Assembly: GCA_964036045.1 (NCBI GenBank)
Contig: OZ038379.1
Coordinates: 13,702,001-13,766,000, forward strand
Length of the DNA: 64,000 nucleotides
Direction of reading: 5' to 3'
Source of the DNA: Eutreptiella sp. 'Long Island Sound 2002'
Lineage: Eukaryota > Protista > Euglenida
The notes under the pieces: generated by a model
What the model was told of the DNA's origin: nothing
What the model saw: only the letters and a program-made list of their open reading frames with translations
The model's database searches: none
Program-made: the position numbers and the translations under genes
In this document: positions 1 through 12,492 of the stretch, in pieces
How the letters are laid out: each line of letters opens with the position of its first letter
How positions within the stretch are numbered: the stretch's first letter is position 1

Positions 1-2476
1 CTGTACATATCGTACATTGGGACCCCCCCCCCTTGGGCAATGTACATATCGTACATTGGGACCCTCCCCTTGGGCACTGTACATATCGTACATCGGGACC
101 CTCCCCTTGGGCACTGTACATATTGTACATTGGGACCCTCCCCTTGGGCACTGTACATATTGTACATTGGGACCTCTCCCCTTGGGCAATGTACATATTG
201 TACATTGGGACTCTCCCCTTGGGCACTGTAGATATCTTACATTGGGACCCCCCCCCCTTGGGCACTGTACATATTGTACATTGGGACCTCTCCCCTTGGG
301 CAATGTACACATTGTACATTGGGACCCTCCCCTTGGGCACTGTACATATTGGACATTGGGACCCTCCCCTTGGGCACTGTATATATTGTACATGGGGACC
401 CTCCTCTTAGGCACTGTACATATCGTACATTGGGACCCCCCCCCCCTTGGGCAATGTACATATCGTACATTGGGACCCTCCCCTTGGGTACTGTACATAT
501 CGTACATTGGGACCCTCCCCTTGGGCACTGTACATATTGTACATTGGGACCCTCCCCTTGGGCACTGTACATATTGTACATTGGGACCTCTCCCCTTGGG
601 CAATGTACATATTGTACATTGGGACTCTCCCCTTGGGCACTGTAGATATCTTACATTGGGACCCCCCCCCCCTTGGGCACTGTACATATCTTACATTGGG
701 ACCCTCCCCTTAGGCACTGTACATATCGTACATTGGGACCCCCCCCCCTTGGGCACTGTAGATATCTTACATTGCCCCCCCCCTTGGGCACTGTACATAT
801 CTTACATTGGGACCCCCCCCCTTGGGCACTGTACATATCGTACATTGGGACCCCCCCCCTTGGGCACTGTACATATCGTACATTGGGACCCCCCCCCCTT
901 GGGCACTGTACATATTGTACATTGGGACCCTCCCCTTGGGCACTGTACATATCGTACGTTTGGACTCTCCCCTTGGGCACTGTACATATGGTACATTGGG
1001 ACCCCACCCCTTGGGCACTGTACATATCGTACATTGGGACCCTCCCCTTGGGCACTGTACATATCGTACATTGGGACCCACCCCCTTGGGCACTGTACAT
1101 ATCGTACATTGGGACCACCTCCCCTTGGGCAATGTACATATTGTACATTGGGACCCTCCTCTTGGGCACTGTACATATCATACGTGGGGACTCTCCCCTT
1201 GGGCAATGTACATATGGTACATTGGGACCCAACCCCTTGGGCACTGTACATATCGTACATTGGGACCCCACCCCTTGGGCACTGTACATATCGTACATTG
1301 GGACCCCCCCCCCTTGGGCAATGTACATATTGTCCATTGGGACCCTCATCTTGGGCACTGTACATATCGCGCATTGGGACCCCCCCCTTGGGCACTGTAC
1401 ATATTGTACATTGGGACCGTCCACTTGGGCACCGTACATATCGTACATCGGGACCCTCCCCCTTTGGCAATGTACATATCGTACATTGGGACCCTCCCCT
1501 GGGGCAATGTACATATCGTACATTGGGATCCTCCCCTTGGGCACTGTACATATCGTACATTGGGACCCTTCCCCTTTGGCAGTGGACATATTGTACATTG
1601 GGACCCTCCCCTGGGGCACTGTACATATCGTACATTGGGATCCTCCCCTTGGGCACTGTACATATTGTACATTGGGACCGTCCGCTTGGGCACTGTACAT
1701 ATCGTACATTGGGACCCTCCCCCTTTGGCAGTGTACATATCGTACATTGGGACCCTCCCCTGGGGCACTGTATATATCGTACATTGGGATCCTCCCCTTG
1801 GGCACTGTACATATCATACATTGGGACCCTGCCCCTTTGGCAGTGTACATATTGTACATTGGGACCCTCACCTTGGTCACTGTACATATCGTACATTGGG
1901 ACCGTCCACTTGGGCAATGTACATATCGTACATTGGGACCCTCCCCCTTGGGCACTGTACATATCGTACATCGGGACCCTCCCCTTGGGTACTGTACATA
2001 TCGTACATTGGGACCCTCCCCTTGGGCACTGTACATATCGTACATTGGGACCCTCCCCTTGGGCAATGTACATATTGTACATTGGGACCCCCCCGCCTTG
2101 GGCGCTATACATATCGTACATCGGGAGCCCCTCCTTGGGTATTGTACATATCGTACATTGGGACCCTCCCCTTGGGCACTGTATATATATCGCACATTGG
2201 AACCCCCCCCTTGGGCACCGTACACATCGTACATTCGGACCCCCCCCCTTTGGGCACTGTACATATCGTACATTGGGACCCCCCCCTTGGACACTGTACA
2301 TATCGTACATTGGGACCCCCCCCCTTGGGCACTGTACATATCGTACATTGGGACCCCCCCTTTCGTGCACTGTACATATCGTACATCCCCGCCCCCCCTT
2401 GGGCGCTGTACATATCGTACATTTGCACCCTCCCCTTCGGCACTGTACATATCTTACATTGGGACCCCTTCCCCTT
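1..2476. repeat. Tandem array of ~37-bp units, consensus GGGCACTGTACATATCGTACATTGGGACCCTCCCCTT, variable C-run
   Basis: Directly visible. It generates the long overlapping pseudo-ORFs in all six frames. No unique spacers. Confidence 0.98.
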
Positions 2477-5458
2477 CTCCCTCCCCTCTTGTGTCAAACA
2501 CCTATGGCTGTGGGGCCCAGCATATGAGGTCCCTGTTGTACAGTCCAACTTCCCCTCCCTCTCCACCGTTGGATGGTCCAAAGGTTCTACAGTCTGGCAC
2601 CTGCTTGGAAGTCAAGAGGCACAGCGATCAGTCGATGAAACGCAAATCCTTAGAATTCACCTGATTCTCCAAGAGGCGGGGCACATTTCACTGTCCATAC
2701 CACGCATTCCTGAAGTCCCCCTCGTTCTGCGAGCACTCACTATCCAGATGCAAGCCGCACTCGACAACAAAAATCTGGGGCGGTGGGCAGAACTAATGCA
2801 GGCCAGGAACCGATATCTACCGATATCTACCCTTCCTGTCCCACCCTGCACTGGCAATGGCCAGGAGACTGAGTCATGTACACCGCTGGTTCATTTCCCT
2901 GACGCCCCCCCGCAATGTCATCTACCTGGTGTACAATATATGGCTTCAGGTGGTGTACATTGGCCTCACCACAGGGGCCCTGGTTAGCCGGTTGAGGAAA
3001 CACATGACTGACAGTCTGGCTGACGTGGATTGTGCCACCTTGCACAAACACATGGCGAAAACGGACCTCTCAGGCTGGGGAATTCTTCCACTGCAATGGG
3101 TCGAGGACGACTGGCACGCGAGTGTGCGTGAACGACACTGGTGGTGGATTTTCAGGCGCTGGGCTTGCAACGACGTCCCACCAGGAATTAGTACCCAGGG
3201 TGAGGGATCCAAATCTCGAGGTTGGCTTAACCAAAGAGTGCTGGCGGCTCTGCAGGGTATCCGTGATGCGACTGGCCACGAGTGAAGTTTCTTCAGTCAG
3301 AACTCCAGGACCTGGCTAACCGTCTCTCTATCCCATTGTATGTCCTTGGTCACATGACCGTACCCAATCTAACCCCAAATCAAAATGCGGCAATTCACAG
3401 AGTTATACGCGCAATGGTGAAATCATGCAACATTGCAGCGTGGGAAAAACAAGCGCTACACAAGGCCGTACGAGTGGTACGCTCCAACCCAGTCACAGTG
3501 CGAAGTCTTTTTGAAAAACAGAGTAGGAAAGGAGACCGAGAGGCCCAAACACCACAATGCTCATGCGCCAGCATCACATCAGAGCACGGCCACGTCATTG
3601 AAATTGAAGGCCACAAAGCGCTTATCCCTGTGTACGTTCAGGGCCTCGATGCAACTACCCTCCGCCCCAATGACTCCCTACCACTAAAGGGCACTAAAGT
3701 CAGAGCGCGCCTTTTCAAGGACATTACTAAAATAGCAGGACAGATCGGGGCAGAAGTGCCTAACCTCCAGCACATGCTACCCTCAACCCTGTGGTGTGAG
3801 TCAGGGTCCACTGTGCGCCACGTGGAGCAGCAAGCAGCAGCCATCTCTGCCTCCCACTACGTACGAATCGTGGACAAGGGGGTGGGGGTCATGTGGGGAT
3901 TTTGCCGTCAGTGGATGTGGGATATACTCGAGGAATTCCTGATCCAGGAAGGGTATACCAGATGCACCCAGTCCCAACAGCACATCACAGCACGGATACT
4001 GAAGATCATACAGTCCAACAGCTAGGACAATGACCCAGTTGGGCGCATCGCCTCCCTGTACCTCATCGGCAAAGCAAAAAGTCTGGTTAAACAGAAATGG
4101 CTCTGGAGACCCATCGCCGCACTCCCGAAACCCCTCTTACCAAAAAAGGACCTCACAATCGCAGCCAGAGCCATGACCACATTTCTGAAACTGGTGGCAG
4201 AGGAGACCCCTGGAAACTTCATGGTCCACCCAGTTAATCGCGTGGCTGACTGGTTTCATTGGTTGCATCAGTTGGTTGCTCTTATATTGTTGAACTGGAC
4301 TGCAAAGACCAGTTCAACCACGTACCCCCCAGTTGTGTGGAGTCACACATGGCCGAGTCCAGCAAGTGGCTCGCCAAGCGGCGTTGCTGGCGCATGAAAG
4401 ACATCTGCTGGAGTGTCCACAGAGACAGTAAAAAGTTGGACAGGGCAGGGCAGGGGGCCTCAGGAAAATTTTGGTACATCACACACGGGGACCTCAGCAA
4501 CAAAATAAATTTCGAGCTACAAAACAACAACTATGTGACCGCGGCAGGGTCCCTGTGGCAAAGGACAGGGTGTATTCCCATGGGCGGGTCATTCTCCGCA
4601 CAGGCGGCGGACCTGCACTGCCAGTGGGGGGTGTACATGAACAGGGCGTGCTTCAGAGACCTTGGGGAACTCCGCATCACTGACACAGGTTTCATATACT
4701 GGGATACCCCCTGGGGAGCACTCACACTGTGCCAATTTCGAGACAACATTCTTATGGCCACAGCCTTTGCCGACACCCCAGCCATCAAAATAGTTAAACG
4801 TGTGTGCCACCTCCTACAGCGATGCTGGAACCTGCGGGTGCTGTGTCCATGTGATACACCGTGTACCCAATCCTGTCTCCAATCCTCCACGACAGCTATG
4901 GGTTTCTGCATGGTATGTTCAACGGATGGGGAACCCACGGCGTACACACATCCGAGTTCGCTGGATAGTGCATGGGATCTAAAAATGGGCCCCCCACTGA
5001 TGACGCCGACCCACGCCTCCCAACAGTACCTGCGGACAGTCCTCACAGGCGTTTTATGTAACTCCCGCCAATGGTGTCGAACCCCCCTTGCACAGCTCTT
5101 GACGGTGACAGCGTGGGGCCAAGTGTCAATTAAATCGGGCTACAGTCCCAGAGCCCTCAGGCGGGCCATGCACGCTGCGATCATCAGGGGCCTGGCAGCC
5201 TCAGACCACCAACCACAGTTCGTGGTGCGATTCATGCACCACATATCCGAGCTCCTACCCCTTCCACGATGCTGTGCTATCCACAGAGTGCTCCAATGGG
5301 TGAAACGACATGGCCAGTGGGCAGGAGGGGCATATGCCACATGGGTGCTCCCGAAACACCTGGCACAAGTGGGTATCACAGGAGACTGGAGCCACGACTA
5401 CACCCCCCTCCACGATCATTGGGTCTCGGTAAAACAACCGGGACATGTGTGTGTGTGA
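2477..5458 (+). pseudogene. Disrupted PLE polyprotein: GIY-YIG endonuclease, CxC linker, reverse transcriptase
   Basis: GIY-YIG motif NVIYLVY...VYIGLT...RLRKH (2914-3003), no CCHH finger. CSC at 3558-3566 followed by HGHV. RT motifs SLYLIGKAK..WRPI, ELDCKDQFNHVP, IPMGGSFSAQAADL, QFRDNIL. Lesions: 10-bp duplication CGATATCTAC (2811-2830), frameshift near 3270, TAG at 4023-4025, frameshift near 4272. Confidence 0.9.
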
Positions 5459-5811
5459 TCGCGCGGTTACGTGTGGTCCATGACCCTGCCTGCATGGCCT
5501 CCCCTGTCTCCCCAGTCTCCCCTGTATGCCTACCTCCCCTCCAAAGACAGTCAATCCAGGGGCATGTAAGTGATGCTGCAAGGTACACAATGTCCTCCCC
5601 TCCTCAGACCTAAAGGTAGTGACGACAGGGAACACTGCAGTGACTCCATGAGAACAGTGGATGAGAAACAATGTGCCCTGTCCCGTTACCTTTCAGAAAG
5701 GCGCCTAGCCTCCATGACAATTTTGTAATTGTGGCCTGACGAGTCGTTTTGATCAGTGCCTGCCTGTCTGCGATCAACAGTGGGTTGGGTTCTCTTGATC
5801 ACTGTCACGAA

Positions 5812-5838
5812 GTGTGTGTGTGTGTGTGTGTGTGTGTG
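5812..5838. repeat. (GT)n microsatellite abutting the PLE 3' end
   Basis: Visible directly; a second GT tract follows at about 5866-5882. Confidence 0.95.
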
Positions 5839-6376
5839 CCTCATCTGATCCCCATGGCCATTTTTTGTGTGTGTGTGTGTGTGGTTGGGTGGTTGCACCT
5901 AACACAGGTTGATATTTTGGGCAGTCATGAACACGAACTCCTCCAAGGGGTATTTCCTGGTCTGTTGTACAGTGCAGAACTGAATACGGGAGTAGGTGAG
6001 GGCACAAGCACATGCTGCGTCGCGCTGAACCCACTGTCCAGAACTGCATTTGCTCTTTCTCTACCAACAGACCGAAAGACGTCTAGGACAGCTCTGCTGT
6101 TCCTGAGGAGTTTTCTTTCACCGCTTTTCTTGCTCTGTTCTTGTTTGCGGTTCTCGTCGTGTGTGTGCCTCATGTCAACCACCAGCCACATGTTTGACAC
6201 CTGCCGGCACCTGCCAAAAATTTTGCCGACACCTGCCGACACCTGCCATGGCAGGTGTTAGCTTCAGGTATGGTTCTGCCTGTACGTTCCTTTACCCCGC
6301 CTCCCCAAAACCTCTCCCTTCACCCTGAAGGACCCCCGCATTTCCCGCACTCAATCCAGCCACATCCTTGTCACAG

Positions 6377-6463
6377 GTCCTGACAGACGCTGAGTTCAAC
6401 AGCGAACAGACGACCCCTGATGGCCGCAAGCGCCAGCGTATCCAGCCCATCAACCACTTGTCG
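6377..6463 (+). CDS. HIRA: HIRA-like exon containing the B-domain (ASF1-binding) motif
   Basis: Boundaries tcacAG|gtc ... tcg|GTACGT, phase 0. Encodes VLTDAEFNSEQTTPDGRKRQRIQPINHLS, resembling the HIRA B motif T.DGRRRI.P. HIRA C-terminal exons lie downstream. Confidence 0.65.
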
Positions 6464-8464
6464 GTACGTAATCTGCAGCGCCAGGCTGCTTGGGGTTTGG
6501 CTGATGACGGGCCGAGGGCGGGCAACAACGCCAACAGTGGAGTGCACCCGAGGGGAGGGTGGCCCATGGCGATTGGAGGCTATTGGACAGTGGCAGGAGA
6601 GCGAACTGCCTTGATTCGGGGAATGACTGTGTCTTGGTGATCAACGGCGTCAGCAGGGATCCCATGGCAGTTGGAGGCTGACTGCTCTTGGTTGCAGTTT
6701 GTGCCTGGTGCGGTTTGATGGGACTGGGCAGCGGTTTGGATGGCGTTGTTGCATGGGTTCCGGACACCCATGATGCCCCCCCCCCCCCCTGTTGCAGCAG
6801 CATTTCCTTGTCTAAGCACACCGATTTATCTCGCTGTTTTCTACCGCAGCTTCTGTATTGGCATGCCAGCTTTTTTTTACACAACTTGGCCTCATTCAGT
6901 TTTCTGTTCCAAATTGCTCTTGTACTCTTTGCGACTCCCTTTTTGGTGATCCTGAATGCACACGACATGGGTGCTGTAAAGCAGCAAGGCAACACGTGGT
7001 TATGGTACCATGCCTGCTCCCTGCATGTTTTTGTACTGTATGGTACTGAATTGTACGTAAATGTGCACCACATGCATGGCGCCCTGCATTGAATTGTACT
7101 GACACTGCACTATGTATGCCCTGCCCACTTCAAGCTCTCTGAACAGTGCACACTGTTCCCTGTGCGCATGTCATGTTTTCGGGATTTTGTGGGGGAGATA
7201 TTAGGCCCCAATTCAGTGCTGTGATGGTGTAGCAGCACCATTTTGAGTATCCTGAATCCGTGGTGAATGTATTAGCGAAAAGTGATTTTAATCTGAAAAA
7301 AAACCCGGCCCACCTTTCGGTGCACTGTTGACACAGTGGCACCCTCGTAGACTATATTTTTGCTCAGTTTTTCGACATTTGCTCAACTGCTTTACACCCG
7401 ATGCATTGCCTCTTGATCCATTGTGGCGGTGTGTAGTGATGGGAAGGCATGTCGCATGGGCATTGATTCACCAAGCAGCAGCAAGCATGTGCCAGATGCT
7501 AAAAAGGCAGAACTCAGCAGGGAGGAATGATGCATGACTTGGCTACTTGACTACTTGACACGTGCAATGGAACCCCACAAACCTTGAGTAAACAAACTCA
7601 ATGGCAGCCAAAAAGCGGTGCAGCCAGTTGAGGGTTGGAAAGCCTGTCAAAAGCAGTATTTCTGAAACTGTTTTGGGTCCAGAGACCACCAGGAAATATC
7701 AGCATCCATTTGGGGCCCAGTAGGACATATCAGCACCCATCCAGAGACCACCAGGAAATATCAGCCTCCATCCAGAGGCCTCCAAGAATAACAACATCAC
7801 ACTCCTCACTCCCAAATTTTCCCTTCGTTCCTAGGAGGAGGTCGTTTTGGGAATGTAGGGCACCTATGCTATGGTGGGTGCCATATGCATCAAAAGCAGC
7901 CAAATTGACCGTGTCAGGTCCATTTTCGGCCCACAACGGGACACAAACAGGCCAATGATGGTCATCACAGCCAAGAGACATAGCCTTGAACAGCCATCCT
8001 TTCAGCTATTCCAAGTGGTCTCCATTCACTTCGTGATGCGAATTGGCAACGCATTTTGCAACCCCCCATGCCCCTGATCTCAGCATGGGCCAGGGAGCCA
8101 GCTCACCTGGGTGACTCAATGCCCTTGGGGCAAGTTGTTGCCCGTGAGGTGAATCAAAGCTCCTAGTATGCGTCAACACCCCAGCGGTGAGTTAGTGTCC
8201 AGGTGTCATCTGTAATCTTGAGATCTCGGGTCTTTCACCTCTAGCAGACAGCACTGTGCTTGCATGATGCAAACACTGGGTCTCCCCCCCCTCTGGGCAG
8301 GCAGTCTGGGGCTTAGTGACGTGAACGGAGCAAAAAGGAAAACAGTGCACAAAGGATTGTATTCTCTGGCACCTTTCTCCCAATGCAGCCCCCTCGCGTG
8401 TATACTGACAGTCATGCGCACGTTGACGCCCACCTCACGCTTAGGTTTGCCCGCTTCGCCAGGA
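6461..8464 (+). repeat. 2.0-kb segment duplicated at 49109-51113 (5' part of the HIRA intron starting at 6464)
   Basis: Near-identical copies, offset 42648-42649; only a few differences seen (C-run length, gtacgtaaatg/gtacggaaatg, ccacatgc/ccacgtgc). Confidence 0.95.
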
Positions 8465-8531
8465 CCCTGGAGAGTTCCCAGTGGTAATGGAAGCGATCCC
8501 CAGAGTAGGTTGCACAACCCTCAAGCAAAAG
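8234..8531 (+). repeat. 298-bp direct repeat, copy 1 (copy 2 at 12493-12790)
   Basis: TTCACCTCTAGCAG...CAAGCAAAAG; one mismatch seen between copies, offset 4259. Confidence 0.95.
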
Positions 8532-10882
8532 CAAGGGGATTTCGTGGTGTGGACCGCTACAATTCCTTGCGGAGAGGTCACATTGATGGCAGGTATGGCC
8601 AATGTAAGGGAAAGCTGAAAGTGTGGTCAGGACATTCTTTCAGGGGTCAGTTTACATTGTGTCTGATGGTGTCTGCTAAAGTGTGCATTACCTGCAATCC
8701 ATGTGGTGATGCCTGTGATGTTTGTGTGAGGCTGCAGTGAGGGTTGGGCAAAGCTTGGGTGAGGCGATCCAGCACATGCTCCTCTACCCCAACTCCACCT
8801 TTCTGGATATTTTTGAAAGGTACCGCACCGCCGCCACCTAAAATGATTTTTAGTGACGAATGCGCAGGGCCTGGAAATCATAGATCTGAGCCCAGTATTG
8901 TAGTTTTGTTTTCATCTAAAATGTTTGCCCCCTGTATATTTTGCGTTTTGAATTATGGTTTCTGTTTGGTTGCTTGATGCAGTTCCTGGGCCCACGCGTG
9001 TTGTCTGGTTAACTTCAGGATGCCACATGCATACAAAACAGATGTGCTTGCTTCCAAGACCATGCGTGTGCTATGGTTGTGGCGAGTGGAAAATGGTTTC
9101 GGGGCGTATGAGCCCCCCGAAACCCCGTTGGAGGGGGTGGGGGGCTTGGAAACTTATGTCAGGTGGCTTTGGGGCACCTCACACCCGGGGAAGTCATGAC
9201 CTATGCTGCAGCATTCTTTGTATGACATCTCTGATGCCGAGTGTTTCTGCTTGGATTGTGCTGAAATTGCATCGATGCCTCAAGTTGTGTGCGCCATCTT
9301 AGATATCCCCACTGATGCCACTGCAGGCTGCAGCTCAGCCAAGGACTAGAACAGGGTTAAGTTGTAGCTCAGGCTGCACATTGAAGGATGATGCTGCAAT
9401 GGGAGGCTTGGTTGCGACGGTCACTGAGCACCTGGAAATGACTAGCGCCAACGTGTCCTTTGACATAACAACCAGCACCAAAGCTACATGTGTCAAGGTT
9501 GGCCATGGCAGAAGAGCTCCATCTCGGGCGGAGGGGGGGGTTCATATACCCTAAGCAGTTTGCCCCATCCATTGACATTGTACAACACGATGTCGTAAAC
9601 GGAGAACAGCGTCCGCGTTGCCGTGCTGGTGTCGTCGTCATCATCGACGCCACTTTTTGTATCGGTCTGCCGCAAACCTCCTGCAGCATCGTCTTCGGCA
9701 CAACGTATCACAAGAGGAGGGGGAAACAACCAGGCGTAAAGCGCAGCGGTCCACACACCCATATGGATAGCATGTTATGATCGTATTTGCGATCTTTGGT
9801 GACATATCACTCACTTGTAAGCATGCTTGTCTGCCGGCTGACACTGCATATCCAGCAGTTTGGAGGTGCTTGACAACCCCATTTGAAGCTATTGTGATCC
9901 CCCCCCCCCCCCCGCCGCCCCTGCCCCCCCCCCGCCCCACGCACAAGTTTTGAAAGTCATTTCATGGTAACCAATGCGATGCGTGCTACCGGGGCCTAGC
10001 GCGCATCGATACTGGTGTTTGGGTCATTCTGAGGGTTGCAAACCTCAAAAGTGAGGGGTTGCAGGTGGACCATGTGCCATCAGAATTGGATTTCAAGCCA
10101 CGCAGCCCAAGATATGGTCCAATCTTGGTTTGGGGCTAGTGGTGGGCAAAACACACCGTTTTTGCACCATTGGGGCCATTTTCAGGGCAATGGTACAGAG
10201 TTACAAAGGTGAAATAACCTTCCTTGACATGACCAAAGGAAGCCGCTTCGGTAGAGTCAAATAGGGTGCGAAACTCATAAGGAGGGTGCATCTCCTTTTA
10301 ATGTCCATAGGCCTATGTACAGAGGTCTGTGGACTTTGAAAGTAAACGTGGAAGACACATAAGGAGGGTGGAAAGCAGCTTTCCCTGTGGTAGTTACATG
10401 TAGACCGGGTCAGTTGCCTCCTCCCCTGTGGCGGCAGCCCAACCTGCTTTCCAATAATCAATAATTGGAGGGTAATTTGGCGGCCACCGTGCCACATCAC
10501 ACCCCAAGTTTTTAGAGTGAAAAAAAAAGAAATTTACCGAAGGACATGTTTCTTTGGGCCATGTTTTGTACACAAACTGTTCGGTACCACCCCCACCCCA
10601 CCCCACGCCCGAAAACACCCTCTTCCAGCACAGGCCTGGCTGTCTGCGCCTGTCTATGAGTACCTGTCCGTGCACATGCATTCCAAAAATCAAATTCTGT
10701 CCCTGTAATTCTGTGCTGTGTTACTGGCGGTGCTGGCAGCTGAATGGAGAATCCAACAATCAAAAGCAGCGCACCCTCGTCACCGTTCCTCCGCGTTGAT
10801 ATGAGGCAGATTTGTTGTGGATGGTAGACTAAAAATCGGCGAAGGGAATCTCGGAATGGTTGCCCGACTCGTTCCATCCCAG

Positions 10883-11076
10883 GGAATGCAAAGCTCTTTG
10901 TGGCAGTCGCCTGCTCTGACAACCTATTCATCTTGTCTACGCGTGGCGGGCGGCTTCTGCTGCCATGCATCCATTTATCGGCTCCCATCCGTTATATGAC
11001 CTCCGACACTTGGGGCAAGCTGTTGATTGTCACGGATGCTGAATGCATCTGCTGGGACATTTCCAGTTTCAAGAAG
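10883..11076 (+). CDS. HIRA: HIRA-like exon, C-terminal Hira domain
   Basis: Boundaries cccAG|gg ... aag|GTGCCT. Encodes GNAKLFVAVACSDNLFILSTRGGRLLLPCIHLSAPIRYMTSDTWGKLLIVTDAECICWDISSFKK, matching the HIRA pattern G..f.avac.D......GR.LLP.I.L....lL.vT....vWd. Confidence 0.8.
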
Positions 11077-11767
11077 GTGCCTCTGCCCGCATTGATGGAT
11101 GGATGGGGTTCTTTGTTGCTGGTGTCACTCTGTGACTGTGTTTGGCTCTGTGTAGCTGTGTGTAGCTGTGTGTGGCTGTGTGTAGCTGTGTTTGGCTCAG
11201 TATGGCTTTGTGTGTCTTTGGGTGGCTCAGTTTGAGTGTGGTCTGTTGGTGATGTGTGTGGATCTGTGCGGCTGTGTTTGGCGCTGTGTGGCTCTCTGTG
11301 GTTCTCCCCAGGAGTTGGTCCATCGATTTTGGGCTATCAACGTTTCACATCGTGCAGTGCAGTTAAGGGATGGCAAGGGTTGACACGAGATGCAGATGGC
11401 TGGGCGTTTGGTTGTCTGCACATCTGGGGCCTCTACAAAGTACAACGGGGCATAGGGAAATTCATCCAAACCTTCAGGAATCAAGACCATGGGCAAAACC
11501 TGTCAAATTAGGGCCATGACACTGATTCCTACTGTGGGCATGATTTGCTAATTGTAGACACTGCTTGCATGTCACAGAAACGAAGAAAAAATATTGAAGA
11601 AGAAGGCCGAAGGCCCCGTTGTCAAAAAAAACAAGGGGTTCGTACGAGGGTTGACCCCTGTGCGTGCTTGCAGTTGTATGCACTTTGGAGATGCTTACAA
11701 CCAGAGAAGACACGATATGTTCATTGTAGACATTGCCTTGATATGACCTGTGACCCTCGTCCCTCAG

Positions 11768-11935
11768 ATGTACTCATGCCCTGTGGGTCACCTGCTGAGG
11801 TCCGGAGTTCAGGACCTCAAAGTCACTGAAGGCGGCTGCTGTCGACTGCAGATCTCGTCCAAAGAGTCGTACATGTATGATCCAGCGGTTGGGGCGTGGG
11901 TTGGTACCTTCGAGTTGGATTTCCCCGACGCCCAG
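11768..11935 (+). CDS. HIRA: HIRA-like exon, next exon of the Hira domain
   Basis: Boundaries ctcAG|atg ... cag|GTGTGG, phase-compatible with the previous exon. Encodes MYSCPVGHLLRSGVQDLKVTEGGCCRLQISSKESYMYDPAVGAW, like the HIRA pattern sl.pll...l.lt..G...l.ls...sY.Y...l..W. Confidence 0.75.
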
Positions 11936-11968
11936 GTGTGGCAGCATTGTGGCCCCCCGGTGGCGTAG

Positions 11969-12139
11969 CTGTTGCATTTCCATGTGTGGGCGCTGTGTGA
12001 TGCGGTCCCCAGTTTCAGCGTATTGCAAGAGCTGTGCAATGGGAAGGATGGAGTGTTACTGCCGTTGTGCCAGTGTCAGGTCGTTGCTCAGTGGCAACCG
12101 CCTCCCCCCTCCCACCTGTGGACAGTGGAGCTGATGAAG
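11969..12139 (+). CDS. Possible further HIRA exon after a 33-nt intron
   Basis: Boundaries gtAG|ctg ... aag|GTGTGG, in frame. LLHFHVWALCDAVPSFSVLQELCNG weakly resembles the HIRA LrelC motif. An alternative acceptor at 12012 opens a different frame, so this call is uncertain. Confidence 0.4.
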
Positions 12140-12492
12140 GTGTGGCGGATGACGAATTGGGAAAGGGGACTTTACCCCTCGACTTTTGTACACTCAAAAT
12201 GCTTAGAAAAGCAATGAATGCCCCTGAAACTCGGATATCAATTGTGGACCCCCCCTCCAGCCCCCCCTGCTCACGCCGCGGGGGTTGGGGTCCAATGAGC
12301 GAACTGACCCCCCCCCCCCCTTTTTTGCGGATAGAATTCACTGCCACAAATGAGCTGTACCTGCACCAGTTCAGCAACATGCAGTGAGGGGCACCGGTCC
12401 ACGCAAGTCACATGTTGGGCATGTGCACGTCAGCACGCAACGGCCTGACCACCAGCAACGCTGGTCCATGGGATGTTAGCACCCTGTTGCGC

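Larger units (their letters stand above)
1..5811 (+). mobile_element. Penelope-like retroelement with N-terminal endonuclease (Chlamys/Naiad type), copy 1; 5' part lies outside the window
   Basis: Order is tandem array, GIY-YIG, CxC linker, RT, ~350 bp 3' region, then a (GT)n microsatellite. Permuted domain order, CxC linker and microsatellite-adjacent insertion match the described N-terminal-EN PLE clades. The 3' end is inferred from the microsatellite. Confidence 0.85.

Noticed and set aside
1-2476. CRISPR array
   Set aside because: The ~37-bp palindromic units are contiguous with no unique spacers, there are no cas genes, and the context is eukaryotic.
17-2664. Long 500-900 aa ORFs in all frames over the array (also 51666-57876)
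   Set aside because: A by-product of a stop-free repeat unit; not called as genes. Possible translation is treated as a hypothesis in the findings.
3264-4025. Selenocysteine or programmed recoding of the PLE ORF, as in some Naiads
   Set aside because: The breaks are frameshifts and a TAG (likely from TGG), not in-frame TGA at Cys positions.
5736-5811. Hammerhead ribozyme in the PLE 3' region (CTGACGA core)
   Set aside because: No stem II followed by GAAA could be built by eye; a covariance-model search would settle it.
6461-8464. The 2-kb duplicate as a genuine pseudo-LTR of the PLE
   Set aside because: It is separated from the element end by a microsatellite, other sequence and a host exon, is a mosaic of other repeats, and starts at a splice donor. 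The gap prevents a full test.
9369-9762. Coding-like stretches (GCTLKDDAAM...; minus-strand IVLYNVNG)
   Set aside because: No consistent splice phase or recognisable domain.
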